From contig JAGGXF010000014.1 in NCBI GenBank assembly GCA_021163205.1, positions 1 to 62,090 on the forward strand: a stretch of DNA of 62,090 bases. Direction: 5' to 3'. This document shows positions 1 to 7,788 of the stretch, piece by piece; the first letter of the stretch is position 1, and every line of letters begins with the position of its first letter. The notes beneath the pieces are model-generated. The model had not been told where the DNA came from. It saw only the letters and a program-made list of their open reading frames with translations, and did not search any database. The DNA comes from Candidatus Aenigmatarchaeota archaeon. Its GTDB lineage: Archaea; Aenigmatarchaeota; Aenigmatarchaeia; GW2011-AR5; JAGGXF01. The position numbers and the translations under genes were made by a program.

Positions 1-2
1 AT

Positions 3-209
3 ATAGCAAATCTCATTGATAGAGGGATTTTATCTATTGGACAAATTATTGTTTTTCCATTTATTTTTTCTTGGTTTAAGTTGAGTGACAAAAAAACTGC
101 TTTAAAAGTTGGTGTAGCTACTGTTATTCTTGGATTTATTATTGGTAGTATAATAGCCTTATTTTATATTGGTGGAGCCCCAATCACCACAATTGGAGCA
201 GCAGGTTAA
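3..209 (+). CDS. 3' part of a membrane protein (cassette 1 cargo), truncated by the window edge
   Basis: Not in the ORF track. Open frame from 3 to TAA 207-209 reads IANLIDRGILSIGQIIVFPFIFSWFKLSDKKTALKVGVATVILGFIIGSIIALFYIGGAPITTIGAAG*, with two hydrophobic segments. Confidence 0.75.
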   Translation: MANLIDRGILSIGQIIVFPFIFSWFKLSDKKTALKVGVATVILGFIIGSIIALFYIGGAPITTIGAAG

Positions 210-292
210 TTTCTTCGGCGCGCCAACTCAAAATTTCTGAAAGAAATTTTGCCCCGCCTGCAGGCTCTCACTTCACTTCGTTTCGTTCGGAC

Positions 293-377
293 GCCTAACA
301 GCGATTATCTGGGATTTTCCTACGAAAAATCCCCAAATCCTGCTTCGCAAACCTTCGTTTATCGGCATATGTTAGTT
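293..377 (+). repeat. attC-like recombination site 1
   Basis: GCCTAAC (RYYYAAC, 293-299) ... GTTAGTT (GTT core, 371-377), 85 bp. Inner arms GCGAT/ATCGGC with one extra base. Internal hairpins GGGATTTT..AAAATCCC and TGC-TTC-GCA. Confidence 0.75.
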
Positions 378-429
378 TCAATTTGAGAGCCCTCGCTCGA
401 TGACTTCAATTTTATCCGAAGTTTTCGAT

Positions 430-440
430 ATATTTAAATA
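430..440 (+). promoter_or_regulatory. Archaeal TATA box of cassette 2 gene
   Basis: TTTAAATA at 433-440, 22 nt before ATG 463. No SD motif, so probably leaderless. Confidence 0.55.
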
Positions 441-462
441 ACTGCTAAAATTATACTTTATT

Positions 463-954
463 ATGAACAACAAAATCATACTTCCATTGGTTCTTGTAGT
501 CTTAATTGTTGGAATAGTAGGAATCTATTTTTGGAAAACTCCAACACAACCGACAACTCCACCAAATCTCCAAAATATAATTCTTTTACCTTCAGTAAAA
601 GGCTGTGCTGAAACAGATAAAGGTATGGCTACAAAGGCATTTGGTGAAGGAACAGAACAAGAGCCAAAAATAGAAGTTAGCGGAAATGAAATCATCTATT
701 CAAGAGCAATAAATCATCTTTGTTGCAGAAAAGCTGAAATTGAAAAAGAAACTAAAGATTCAGTTATAAACATTTACGAGGTATGGAGTGGCATTGGTTG
801 TAAATGTATATGCTTTTCTGAAATAGAAGCTAAACTTCAAAATGTTCCTTTAGGCACTTATGTTGTGAATGTATATGAGAAGGGGACACAACCCGGAAAC
901 GAAGGACCAATGGAACAAAAACTAATTATTTCTCAAAATGTTGTTGTTCAATAA
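463..954 (+). CDS. Cassette 2 cargo: N-terminally anchored, Cys-rich surface protein of unknown function
   Basis: N-terminal TM helix, Pro/Thr linker, then KGC...HLCC...GCKCIC motifs. Confidence 0.8.
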   Translation: MNNKIILPLVLVVLIVGIVGIYFWKTPTQPTTPPNLQNIILLPSVKGCAETDKGMATKAFGEGTEQEPKIEVSGNEIIYSRAINHLCCRKAEIEKETKDSVINIYEVWSGIGCKCICFSEIEAKLQNVPLGTYVVNVYEKGTQPGNEGPMEQKLIISQNVVVQ

Positions 955-1029
955 ATGCTCTGGCTCTCAAACCCGGAATTTCTCCATTCGGAAACATTGC
1001 ATTAAAATCTCGTCCTCCTTTCAGTCGGA

Positions 1030-1125
1030 GAAACTAACAGCGATTTAACGGTTTCGCTCATTACATTCGCTTCACCCAAACTCCTCGCTAACGCTCGGAG
1101 CTTCTTTAAATCGCATATGTGCAAT
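1030..1125 (+). repeat. attC-like recombination site 2
   Basis: GAAACTAAC 1030-1038. Perfect 9-bp arms GCGATTTAA (1040-1048) and TTAAATCGC (1106-1114), then ATA-TGT as in site 1. Right core reads GTGCAAT rather than GTT. Confidence 0.7.
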
Positions 1126-1146
1126 ATTACTCGGCGGCGGACTTTA

Positions 1147-1162
1147 GAAAAATATTTAAATT
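1147..1162 (+). promoter_or_regulatory. BRE/TATA promoter of cassette 3 gene
   Basis: GAAAAATA-TTTAAATT, 20 nt before ATG 1183. Same ATATTTAAAT 10-mer as upstream of cassette 2. Confidence 0.55.
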
Positions 1163-1182
1163 AACTAATTAATTGAAACAAT

Positions 1183-1620
1183 ATGAACAAGAAATTTTTA
1201 TTATTCACAATATTGACTTTTCTTTTACTCCCTCAATTAGTTTCAGCAGATTTAATTACTCCGCTTTCTTTTATGACCATTCCTTTGATACCATTTATTG
1301 TTTTAATCGAAGCGTTCGTATTTTGGTTGCTTGTGAATAAAGTCATAAAAGTTCCTATTGGTTTTTGGAAACTAATTTTAGTAACATTTGTTGCAAACAT
1401 TGTAACTTCTTTATTAGGAACTTTTATCCCGCTTTATAGATATACTGCTGAAAATCTAATGTGGATTGGACTTGCTTTCATATTTTCTGTATTCATTGAG
1501 TGGGGAATTTATATTCCATTCTTCAGAAAAGTCAATATAAAAATCCTTGATTTACTAAAAATTTCTTTTGTAGGAAATTTAATTACTTACGCAATACTTG
1601 CTTTCTTTCAATTAATTTAA
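1183..1620 (+). CDS. Cassette 3 cargo: multi-pass membrane protein of unknown function
   Basis: Signal-like N-terminus (..VSA-D) followed by about 4 hydrophobic helices. Confidence 0.8.
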   Translation: MNKKFLLFTILTFLLLPQLVSADLITPLSFMTIPLIPFIVLIEAFVFWLLVNKVIKVPIGFWKLILVTFVANIVTSLLGTFIPLYRYTAENLMWIGLAFIFSVFIEWGIYIPFFRKVNIKILDLLKISFVGNLITYAILAFFQLI

Positions 1621-1687
1621 GTCCGCCACCTGCGTCATACTGTGCCTCCTTTCAGTCGGCAGTTTTTCATATTCGTGTATGTAAAAC
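1619..1687 (+). repeat. Degenerate/terminal cassette-end structure
   Basis: Contains CCTCCTTTCAGTCGG (1645-1659), identical to 1014-1028, and hairpin GTTTTTCATA/TATGTAAAAC. Lacks the TAACAGCGAT arm. Confidence 0.45.
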
Positions 1688-1805
1688 AAAAGCAAAAAGA
1701 GATGCCAAATAATCTTCTGAGTACTAAAGATACAAAGAACAGGTACCTTTATTTATTTAATCATCGGTGGTCTCCTACATGAAGTAGCAGACAGAAAACA
1801 GAAAG

Positions 1806-2243
1806 TCACGCAGGCCCAATTTCTTTTATTTTGTTTTTGTCTATGAACAGATGTTTTGTTTTGTCTGACAAATCATCGAGATAAAGAAAGGTCGAGCCGA
1901 CTGTTCTAAGCCTTCCCCTTATGGTCTCTCCATCTGTTGTTCTTATTACAACCTCTTTTCCCGTCAAGTTTGCTGTTGAATCTGCATCTTCTTTCTGCTC
2001 TTTCTGCGGTTTTTCTATTATCTTTTCGTTTGTCTCGGCAGGCAGTATATGCTTGATAAGGTTACCTTGACCAGACAAGACATAGCCGGTTATCGCACCC
2101 GTGACAGGTATAGAATAGTATAAAAATAGTGATGTGAATCTAGTTAAGCCCAGTGAAAGAAAAATCGGTATTAACAGCGACAATACAGCAACCCCAACAA
2201 ATGCACCGACCAGCATTCCGTGCTTTGTTTTTTCATCAAACAT
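1806..2243 (-). CDS. Membrane protein with C-terminal Sm/LSm-like domain
   Basis: Two TM helices, then LTGKEVVIRTTDGETIRGRLRTVGSTFLYLDD...LFIDKNKIKEI (Sm1/Sm2-like). Start overlaps the mat stop codon. Confidence 0.6.
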   Translation of the reverse strand: MFDEKTKHGMLVGAFVGVAVLSLLIPIFLSLGLTRFTSLFLYYSIPVTGAITGYVLSGQGNLIKHILPAETNEKIIEKPQKEQKEDADSTANLTGKEVVIRTTDGETIRGRLRTVGSTFLYLDDLSDKTKHLFIDKNKIKEIGPA

Positions 2244-3430
2244 TAAAATACATGCAACTCATTTTTTAAAAGTCTTTCTCTTATGTTGTCTATCTTATCA
2301 AACTCTTCTTCCACTATAGACTCAACAGAGGATTTATCAACATCCCCGTCAACAACTTCTATGCTCGCAACAAGAGGTGATTTTATTGACTTGCCAATCT
2401 GGGACAGAAGCTTTACATATATCTCTGCACCGGTTTCTTGGTTTATTTTTTCTGCTATTTCCTTGGCAAGAATATTATATAACTTTCCTATGTGGTTTAC
2501 TGGGTTTTTTCCGGCAGCGGCCTCAAGACTCATCTCCCTGTTTGGTGTTATTAGGCCATTGACACGATTGCCGCGCCCGACCGAACCGGAATCACCAGCT
2601 TCCGCGCTTGTGCCAGTAAGTGTGAGATATGCTATCTTGTTTTTTTCATCGTCATTTGTGTTAAGATAAATAGTTGTTTCGTGTCTTGGGTTTTTGAGAG
2701 CAACAAAATTCTTTATTTTATCTACTATCTCGTTCTTTTTCGAAATATAATAATCCCAGTCGGGAACCTCTTTGGATACAAAGGGCATAGCAATGGTTAA
2801 GGTTATTTTTCCGTTGGTTCGAAGTCCCATGACCTTTATGTCCTCGCCAATCTCAGGATGTTTCCTTTTCATCTTTGCTGAGTTTAAGAACCGCTCTATG
2901 TCAAGAACAAGCCTTTCCAACTCTGAAAGTGGGGCAAAGCCAACTCCAAAAGATGTATCATTGGCAAGAATTGTCTTTTCCTTTGTCTCAAAAATATGAG
3001 ATATACTTATGGCTCCGGGGCTTATTCTCGAATCTATCGTAACATCTGTTTCCGTGTTCAGATGTGGCATATTTGTCTTGAGATATTCTTCAGCAGCCTT
3101 GATAGCTATCTCGTTTGTTGCCACATCTTCATTGCCTACGGTAGCTGTTGCCTGCCCAGCAATGAGAATAAATATAGGTCTGAGTATCTGCCCCCCACCA
3201 AAGAATACATCAGAACCACCGGCTATAACCTCACACTGATCTGTGTTGTGATGAAGTATGCGACCAAACTTCTTAATATACTCAAGACAGAGTGCTCTTG
3301 ATACAGACTCTGCTATACCATCTGCCAAAGAATCTGGGTGACCTATTCCTTTCCGCTCAACTATTTCAACCCTCTGTTGCTCTATTGGAGTTCTTTTCAC
3401 TTTATCAATGACTATATTCGTAGCCACCAC
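2243..3430 (-). CDS. mat: Archaeal S-adenosylmethionine synthetase
   Basis: VEIVERKGIGHPDS, HHNTD, ANDTSFGVGFAPLS, GRGNRVNGLI, AAAGKNPVNHIGKLYN motifs. Confidence 0.95.
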   Translation of the reverse strand: MVATNIVIDKVKRTPIEQQRVEIVERKGIGHPDSLADGIAESVSRALCLEYIKKFGRILHHNTDQCEVIAGGSDVFFGGGQILRPIFILIAGQATATVGNEDVATNEIAIKAAEEYLKTNMPHLNTETDVTIDSRISPGAISISHIFETKEKTILANDTSFGVGFAPLSELERLVLDIERFLNSAKMKRKHPEIGEDIKVMGLRTNGKITLTIAMPFVSKEVPDWDYYISKKNEIVDKIKNFVALKNPRHETTIYLNTNDDEKNKIAYLTLTGTSAEAGDSGSVGRGNRVNGLITPNREMSLEAAAGKNPVNHIGKLYNILAKEIAEKINQETGAEIYVKLLSQIGKSIKSPLVASIEVVDGDVDKSSVESIVEEEFDKIDNIRERLLKNELHVF

Positions 3431-3557
3431 CGCGCGTGTTTGTTAAAGATTATTAATAGAATATCTAATAGTATATGCAAATTTAAATATTTTTATCTTA
3501 GACATATGCATATAAGCATATCTATAAAATATATAGAACAACACGATGGGATGTAAG

Positions 3558-4124
3558 ATGATTAATCTCTTACCCGAACCGAGTGAAATCAAAAGAATAA
3601 GAAAAAGATTGGGCCTCACCCAATCAGAGCTAGCAAAACTTTCTGGTGTCAACCAGTCATTGATAGCAAGAATAGAGTCCGGTTCGGATCCGAGATACTC
3701 AACAATAAGAAAGATTTTTAAGGCGCTCCGGGAAAGGATTCAAAAAAGGGAAATAAAAATAGAAAAAATAATGAACAAGAAGGTAATATTTATCAACGCA
3801 AACGATAAGATCCAAAAAGCTGCGCGTATTATGAGTAAAATGGCGATTTCTCAGCTTCCCGTCTTAGAAAACGGCATTGTGGTTGGATCATTAAGAGAAA
3901 AAAATATTTCTGAGCTATTAAAACGACAGGGGCCAAACAAAGAAAAAATTGGTGACATGAAGGTTAGAAAATTTATGGAAGAATGCTTTCCAGAAATATC
4001 GAAAAATGGCACGCTTGACAATGTAATAGAGCTTCTGAAATATGAACCAGCCGTGCTCGTGAAAGAAAATGGTAAAATCGTCGGAATAATAACCAAATCT
4101 GATCTGATGAAGCTTGTTGAATGA
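3558..4124 (+). CDS. XRE-HTH plus tandem CBS transcriptional regulator (COG3620-like)
   Basis: RKRLGLTQSELAKLSGVNQSLIARIESG..PRYST followed by a CBS pair. Alternative start 3546. Confidence 0.9.
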   Translation: MINLLPEPSEIKRIRKRLGLTQSELAKLSGVNQSLIARIESGSDPRYSTIRKIFKALRERIQKREIKIEKIMNKKVIFINANDKIQKAARIMSKMAISQLPVLENGIVVGSLREKNISELLKRQGPNKEKIGDMKVRKFMEECFPEISKNGTLDNVIELLKYEPAVLVKENGKIVGIITKSDLMKLVE

Positions 4125-4196
4125 TTCCAAACAGATAAAAACAAATAAATCAAGCGGCTAATAAACACTTAAAATTAGTTCTCATAAATAAAAGTT

Positions 4197-4883
4197 ATGT
4201 TCATACGCAATGAACCGGCAATGAAAATCGGTCATAGTCTTGTGATATCTGATCTGCATATTGGAATAGAAGATGAACTCAGTAAAAATGGAATAAAAAT
4301 ATCTGATCAGACCAAAGCCTTATTGAAAAGAATTTGTTTTCTTATAAGAGAGACCAAAGCGAGAGAAACAATAATCTTAGGGGATATAAAAAACTCTATT
4401 TTCACCACCAAAATTGAAAACAAAAAGATTTCGGAATTTCTCAACAGCTTGAAAAAAATAACAAACCTGGTTTTAGTAAAAGGAAATCACGATGGATTGA
4501 TAGAAAATCTTGTTAAAAAAGATGTAGATGTGTGTTCTTTTGTCATTCGGGGGTCTTATCTCCTAACACATGGTCATAGAAAGATTCCAAAAAACTTGAA
4601 AGAGAAGAATGAAATCAAAACCATAGTAATAGGACACAACCACCCCGGAATATGTTTCAAAGATAGATATGGAATAGTAAGTACTGAACCGTGTTGGGTG
4701 GTTGGAACAGAAAAAGAAAAAAGACAGGTAATAATCATGCCTGCGTTCAATCCATTGGTCGGTGAGACAGCAATCAACAGACATGATGTAATGGGCCCCA
4801 TTGCAAAGAATATAGATATAGAAAACGCAAGGATATATCTGCTTGATGGAACCTATCTCGGACATGTAAAGACATTGAGGTAA
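4197..4883 (+). CDS. Metallophosphoesterase (COG1407-like, Lhr-associated)
   Basis: SDLHIG, LGD, GNHD, HGH, GHNHP, MPAFN motifs. Confidence 0.9.
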   Translation: MFIRNEPAMKIGHSLVISDLHIGIEDELSKNGIKISDQTKALLKRICFLIRETKARETIILGDIKNSIFTTKIENKKISEFLNSLKKITNLVLVKGNHDGLIENLVKKDVDVCSFVIRGSYLLTHGHRKIPKNLKEKNEIKTIVIGHNHPGICFKDRYGIVSTEPCWVVGTEKEKRQVIIMPAFNPLVGETAINRHDVMGPIAKNIDIENARIYLLDGTYLGHVKTLR

Positions 4884-4941
4884 TGATGTAGCTGATATAG
4901 ACCGTATCATAAAACACCACAAATAATTAATGTGATTTAAG

Positions 4942-7788
4942 ATGGTATTCAAAAGGTTTTCAAAAGATATGCAAAATCTTATAAAAGAGCGTGGGTTTGA
5001 CGAGCCTACTTTAACGCAAAAACTTGGAATACCAGAAATTCTCGAAGGAAAAAATGTTTTAATTATCGCTCCAACAAGTTCGGGAAAAACAGAGTCTGCT
5101 ATGTTACCTATTTTCGATTTGATACATAAAAAAAAGACGAAACCAATATCTGTGCTCTACATAACACCTCTTCGTTCACTAAATAGGGACATGCTGAAAA
5201 GGTTGCACTGGTGGTGTGATAAACTTGATTTAGATATAACGGTTAGACACGGTGACACTAGTCAGCAAGAGCGAGCATTCCAAAGAGAAACACCCTCAGA
5301 TATCTTCATAACCACACCCGAAACATTAGGAGCGATATTACCCGGAAAAAAAATGAGGAAACACCTTAAGAATGTTAGGTTTGTAATAGTAGATGAAATA
5401 CATGAAATTTGCGAGAGCAAACGGGGCGTGCAACTATCAACACTTCTCGAACGGCTTAAAAGAATAAGTGGAAACTTCCAGAGAATTGGTCTTTCAGCGA
5501 CGGTCGGGTCTCCAAAAAAAGTGGCAGAATTCTTGGGAAAAAATGTTAGGATTGTCAGAGCCGATGCCGAAAAAAAAATCGAAATAGATGTGGAGTTGCC
5601 AAAAAGAAATGAGAAAGACGCAACAATAGGGGATAACCTCTTGATCATGGATTCTACTGCATCTAGACTAAGAAGAATCAACGAGGTTATTAACAACTAC
5701 AGGGCTGTTCTAGTTTTTACAAATACCAGACAAACAGCAGAGCTCATTTCGTCTCGTTTAAGACAATTTAATAAAGAACTAGTGCAGGATGTTCACCATT
5801 CATCCGTATCCAAGAAGGCAAGAATCAAAATGGAGCAAGAGTTCAAAGAAGGTAAACTAAAGGCGTTGGTATGTACATCATCACTTGAGCTTGGAATAGA
5901 CATTGGAAATATAGACATGATAATACAATATCTTTCTCCAAGACAAGTTACAAAAATAATTCAAAGGGTTGGAAGAGCAGGTCATACAATAAAAGAGAAA
6001 TCAAAAGGAATAATATTGACGGAGAGTGGTGATGATGTCTTTGAATCAAGTGTCATCGCAAAGCGCGCTCTTGAAAGAAAACTAGAAGATATAAAAATCC
6101 ACGAAACAGCATGGGATGTGCTTGCCTCCCAAATTGTTGGAATGTCTCTCGAGCAATATGGAATAGACAGTAAAACTATATTCTCTGTCATAAAAAATGC
6201 TTATCCTTTCAGAAAACTGAAAGAGAGCGACTTTATCGAGTTCCTTAGATTCTTGGCAGAACTCAGACTAATCTGGCTAAATCCAGTAGCGTATGATAAA
6301 GACGGAAAACCGATAAGATATGAACTAAGAAGAACTAGGAACTCTTGGAAATACTACTATGAAAACCTTTCGACTATTCCAGATGTTCAAAGGTACAAAG
6401 TAATAAGTATCATAGAGAGAGAGCTTGTGGGATATCTTGATGATGAGTTTGTTGCCGAGTACGGAAAACCCGGGAATAGTTTTGTTTTTCGTGGCCGTCT
6501 TTGGAGAATCGTAAGTGTAGAAAACGACAAGGTGGTTGTAGAACCTTCTGATGACATACAATCTGCAATACCCGCGTGGGAAGGGGAACTCATACCAGTA
6601 CCCCTCGAAGTTTCCAAAGAAGTAGGAAATATTAGAGTAAAGATATCGGAAATGTTAGAGAAAAAAAGAGAAGAAGAAATAATAAGAGAGCTCAGAAAAG
6701 AATACCCAGTAAATCGAGAAGGCGCGGAAGATATGATAAAAACAATAAAAAAGCAGAAAAAGTTTTTTGTTCCACACTTCAATCACTGGCTCCTTGAACA
6801 ATATCAAGATTTCATAATTTTACACACGTGTGCTGGTTCACTTATCAACGACACATTAGGTAGATATATCTCAGCGATTGTTTCAGAAGAAACCGGGGTC
6901 TCTGTTCAGATGAAAACAGATCCTTACAGAATAATATTAAGAAGCTTTGCTAAGCCAGAGATGATACTAAGAATCCTAAGAGATGCCCATAAAAAGAACG
7001 ATTTAAAGGATGTGCTACTAAAAAATCTAGAACGATCAACACTTTTCAAGTGGAGATTTATTCATGTTGCAAAAAGGATTGGTATCTTATCAAGAAAGAC
7101 ACAATTCCAGAACTACAATCTATCAAAAATTATTTCTCTATACTGTGGCTCAGCAGCATACGAGGAAACAATAAGAGAGATATTGAAAGAAAAGATGGAT
7201 ATAGAAAATACGAAAAAAATTCTTTGCATGATTGAAAATGAAAAAATAAGAATTAAATTTCTCCGGAAACTCACCCCACTCGGTAAAATAGGTTTACTAT
7301 ACCAGTTTTCTGAAGTTATGAAACCAGAAACTCCAAAATATGAAATATTTAGAGCATTTAAAAGAAGACTTCTCCAGACAAAAGTCAGGTTAGTTTGTAC
7401 TCATTGCGCTAATTACTCTGTTGTCAAATCTGTGAAAAATATTGAAGACCAGCCAGTATGTCCAAAGTGTCACTCTGGTCTTATTGCGGTTGTCAGTAAG
7501 TTCAAGAACCCCATTCAACTTTTAAAACGGGAGAAATTATCCAAAGATGATAAAAAAATTGTTTTGACTAAAAAAGAAAAGAAGGAAATAGAAAAAATAA
7601 AAAGATCTGCCAGCCTCACCATAACATATGGAAAGCGATTCGCATTTGTTCAGGCTGCCCGTGGTGTGGGACCAGAAATAGGTGCGAGAATACTTGCCAA
7701 ACTCCCGAAAGATGAGGAACAGCTACTGAAATATATTTTTGAGGCGGAGCAACAATACCAAAAAAATAAAAAATATTGGAAGGAATGA
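4942..7788 (+). CDS. lhr: Lhr-like SF2 DEAD/H helicase
   Basis: APTSSGKT, DEIH, SAT, SLELGID, QRVGRAGH motifs and a C-terminal CxxC..CxxC. Confidence 0.93.
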   Translation: MVFKRFSKDMQNLIKERGFDEPTLTQKLGIPEILEGKNVLIIAPTSSGKTESAMLPIFDLIHKKKTKPISVLYITPLRSLNRDMLKRLHWWCDKLDLDITVRHGDTSQQERAFQRETPSDIFITTPETLGAILPGKKMRKHLKNVRFVIVDEIHEICESKRGVQLSTLLERLKRISGNFQRIGLSATVGSPKKVAEFLGKNVRIVRADAEKKIEIDVELPKRNEKDATIGDNLLIMDSTASRLRRINEVINNYRAVLVFTNTRQTAELISSRLRQFNKELVQDVHHSSVSKKARIKMEQEFKEGKLKALVCTSSLELGIDIGNIDMIIQYLSPRQVTKIIQRVGRAGHTIKEKSKGIILTESGDDVFESSVIAKRALERKLEDIKIHETAWDVLASQIVGMSLEQYGIDSKTIFSVIKNAYPFRKLKESDFIEFLRFLAELRLIWLNPVAYDKDGKPIRYELRRTRNSWKYYYENLSTIPDVQRYKVISIIERELVGYLDDEFVAEYGKPGNSFVFRGRLWRIVSVENDKVVVEPSDDIQSAIPAWEGELIPVPLEVSKEVGNIRVKISEMLEKKREEEIIRELRKEYPVNREGAEDMIKTIKKQKKFFVPHFNHWLLEQYQDFIILHTCAGSLINDTLGRYISAIVSEETGVSVQMKTDPYRIILRSFAKPEMILRILRDAHKKNDLKDVLLKNLERSTLFKWRFIHVAKRIGILSRKTQFQNYNLSKIISLYCGSAAYEETIREILKEKMDIENTKKILCMIENEKIRIKFLRKLTPLGKIGLLYQFSEVMKPETPKYEIFRAFKRRLLQTKVRLVCTHCANYSVVKSVKNIEDQPVCPKCHSGLIAVVSKFKNPIQLLKREKLSKDDKKIVLTKKEKKEIEKIKRSASLTITYGKRFAFVQAARGVGPEIGARILAKLPKDEEQLLKYIFEAEQQYQKNKKYWKE

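Larger units (their letters stand above)
1..1690 (+). mobile_element. Integron-like gene cassette array (distal end, 3 cassettes, integrase not in window)
   Basis: Single co-oriented ORFs alternate with structured repeats sharing CTAACAGCGATT (295-306, 1034-1045) and GCATATGT (365-372, 1113-1120). Cassette 2 start GTTAGTTTC (371-379) is the exact reverse complement of GAAACTAAC (1030-1038). Confidence 0.75.

Noticed and set aside
382..1630. IS/MITE terminal inverted repeats around the cassette genes
   Set aside because: No transposase, no target-site duplications seen, and the repeats differ between cassettes.
210..1690. CRISPR array or simple terminators as the explanation for the intergenic repeats
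   Set aside because: Repeats are separated by whole genes rather than 30-40 nt spacers. The hairpins lack consistent U-tails and show core/inverse-core complementarity.
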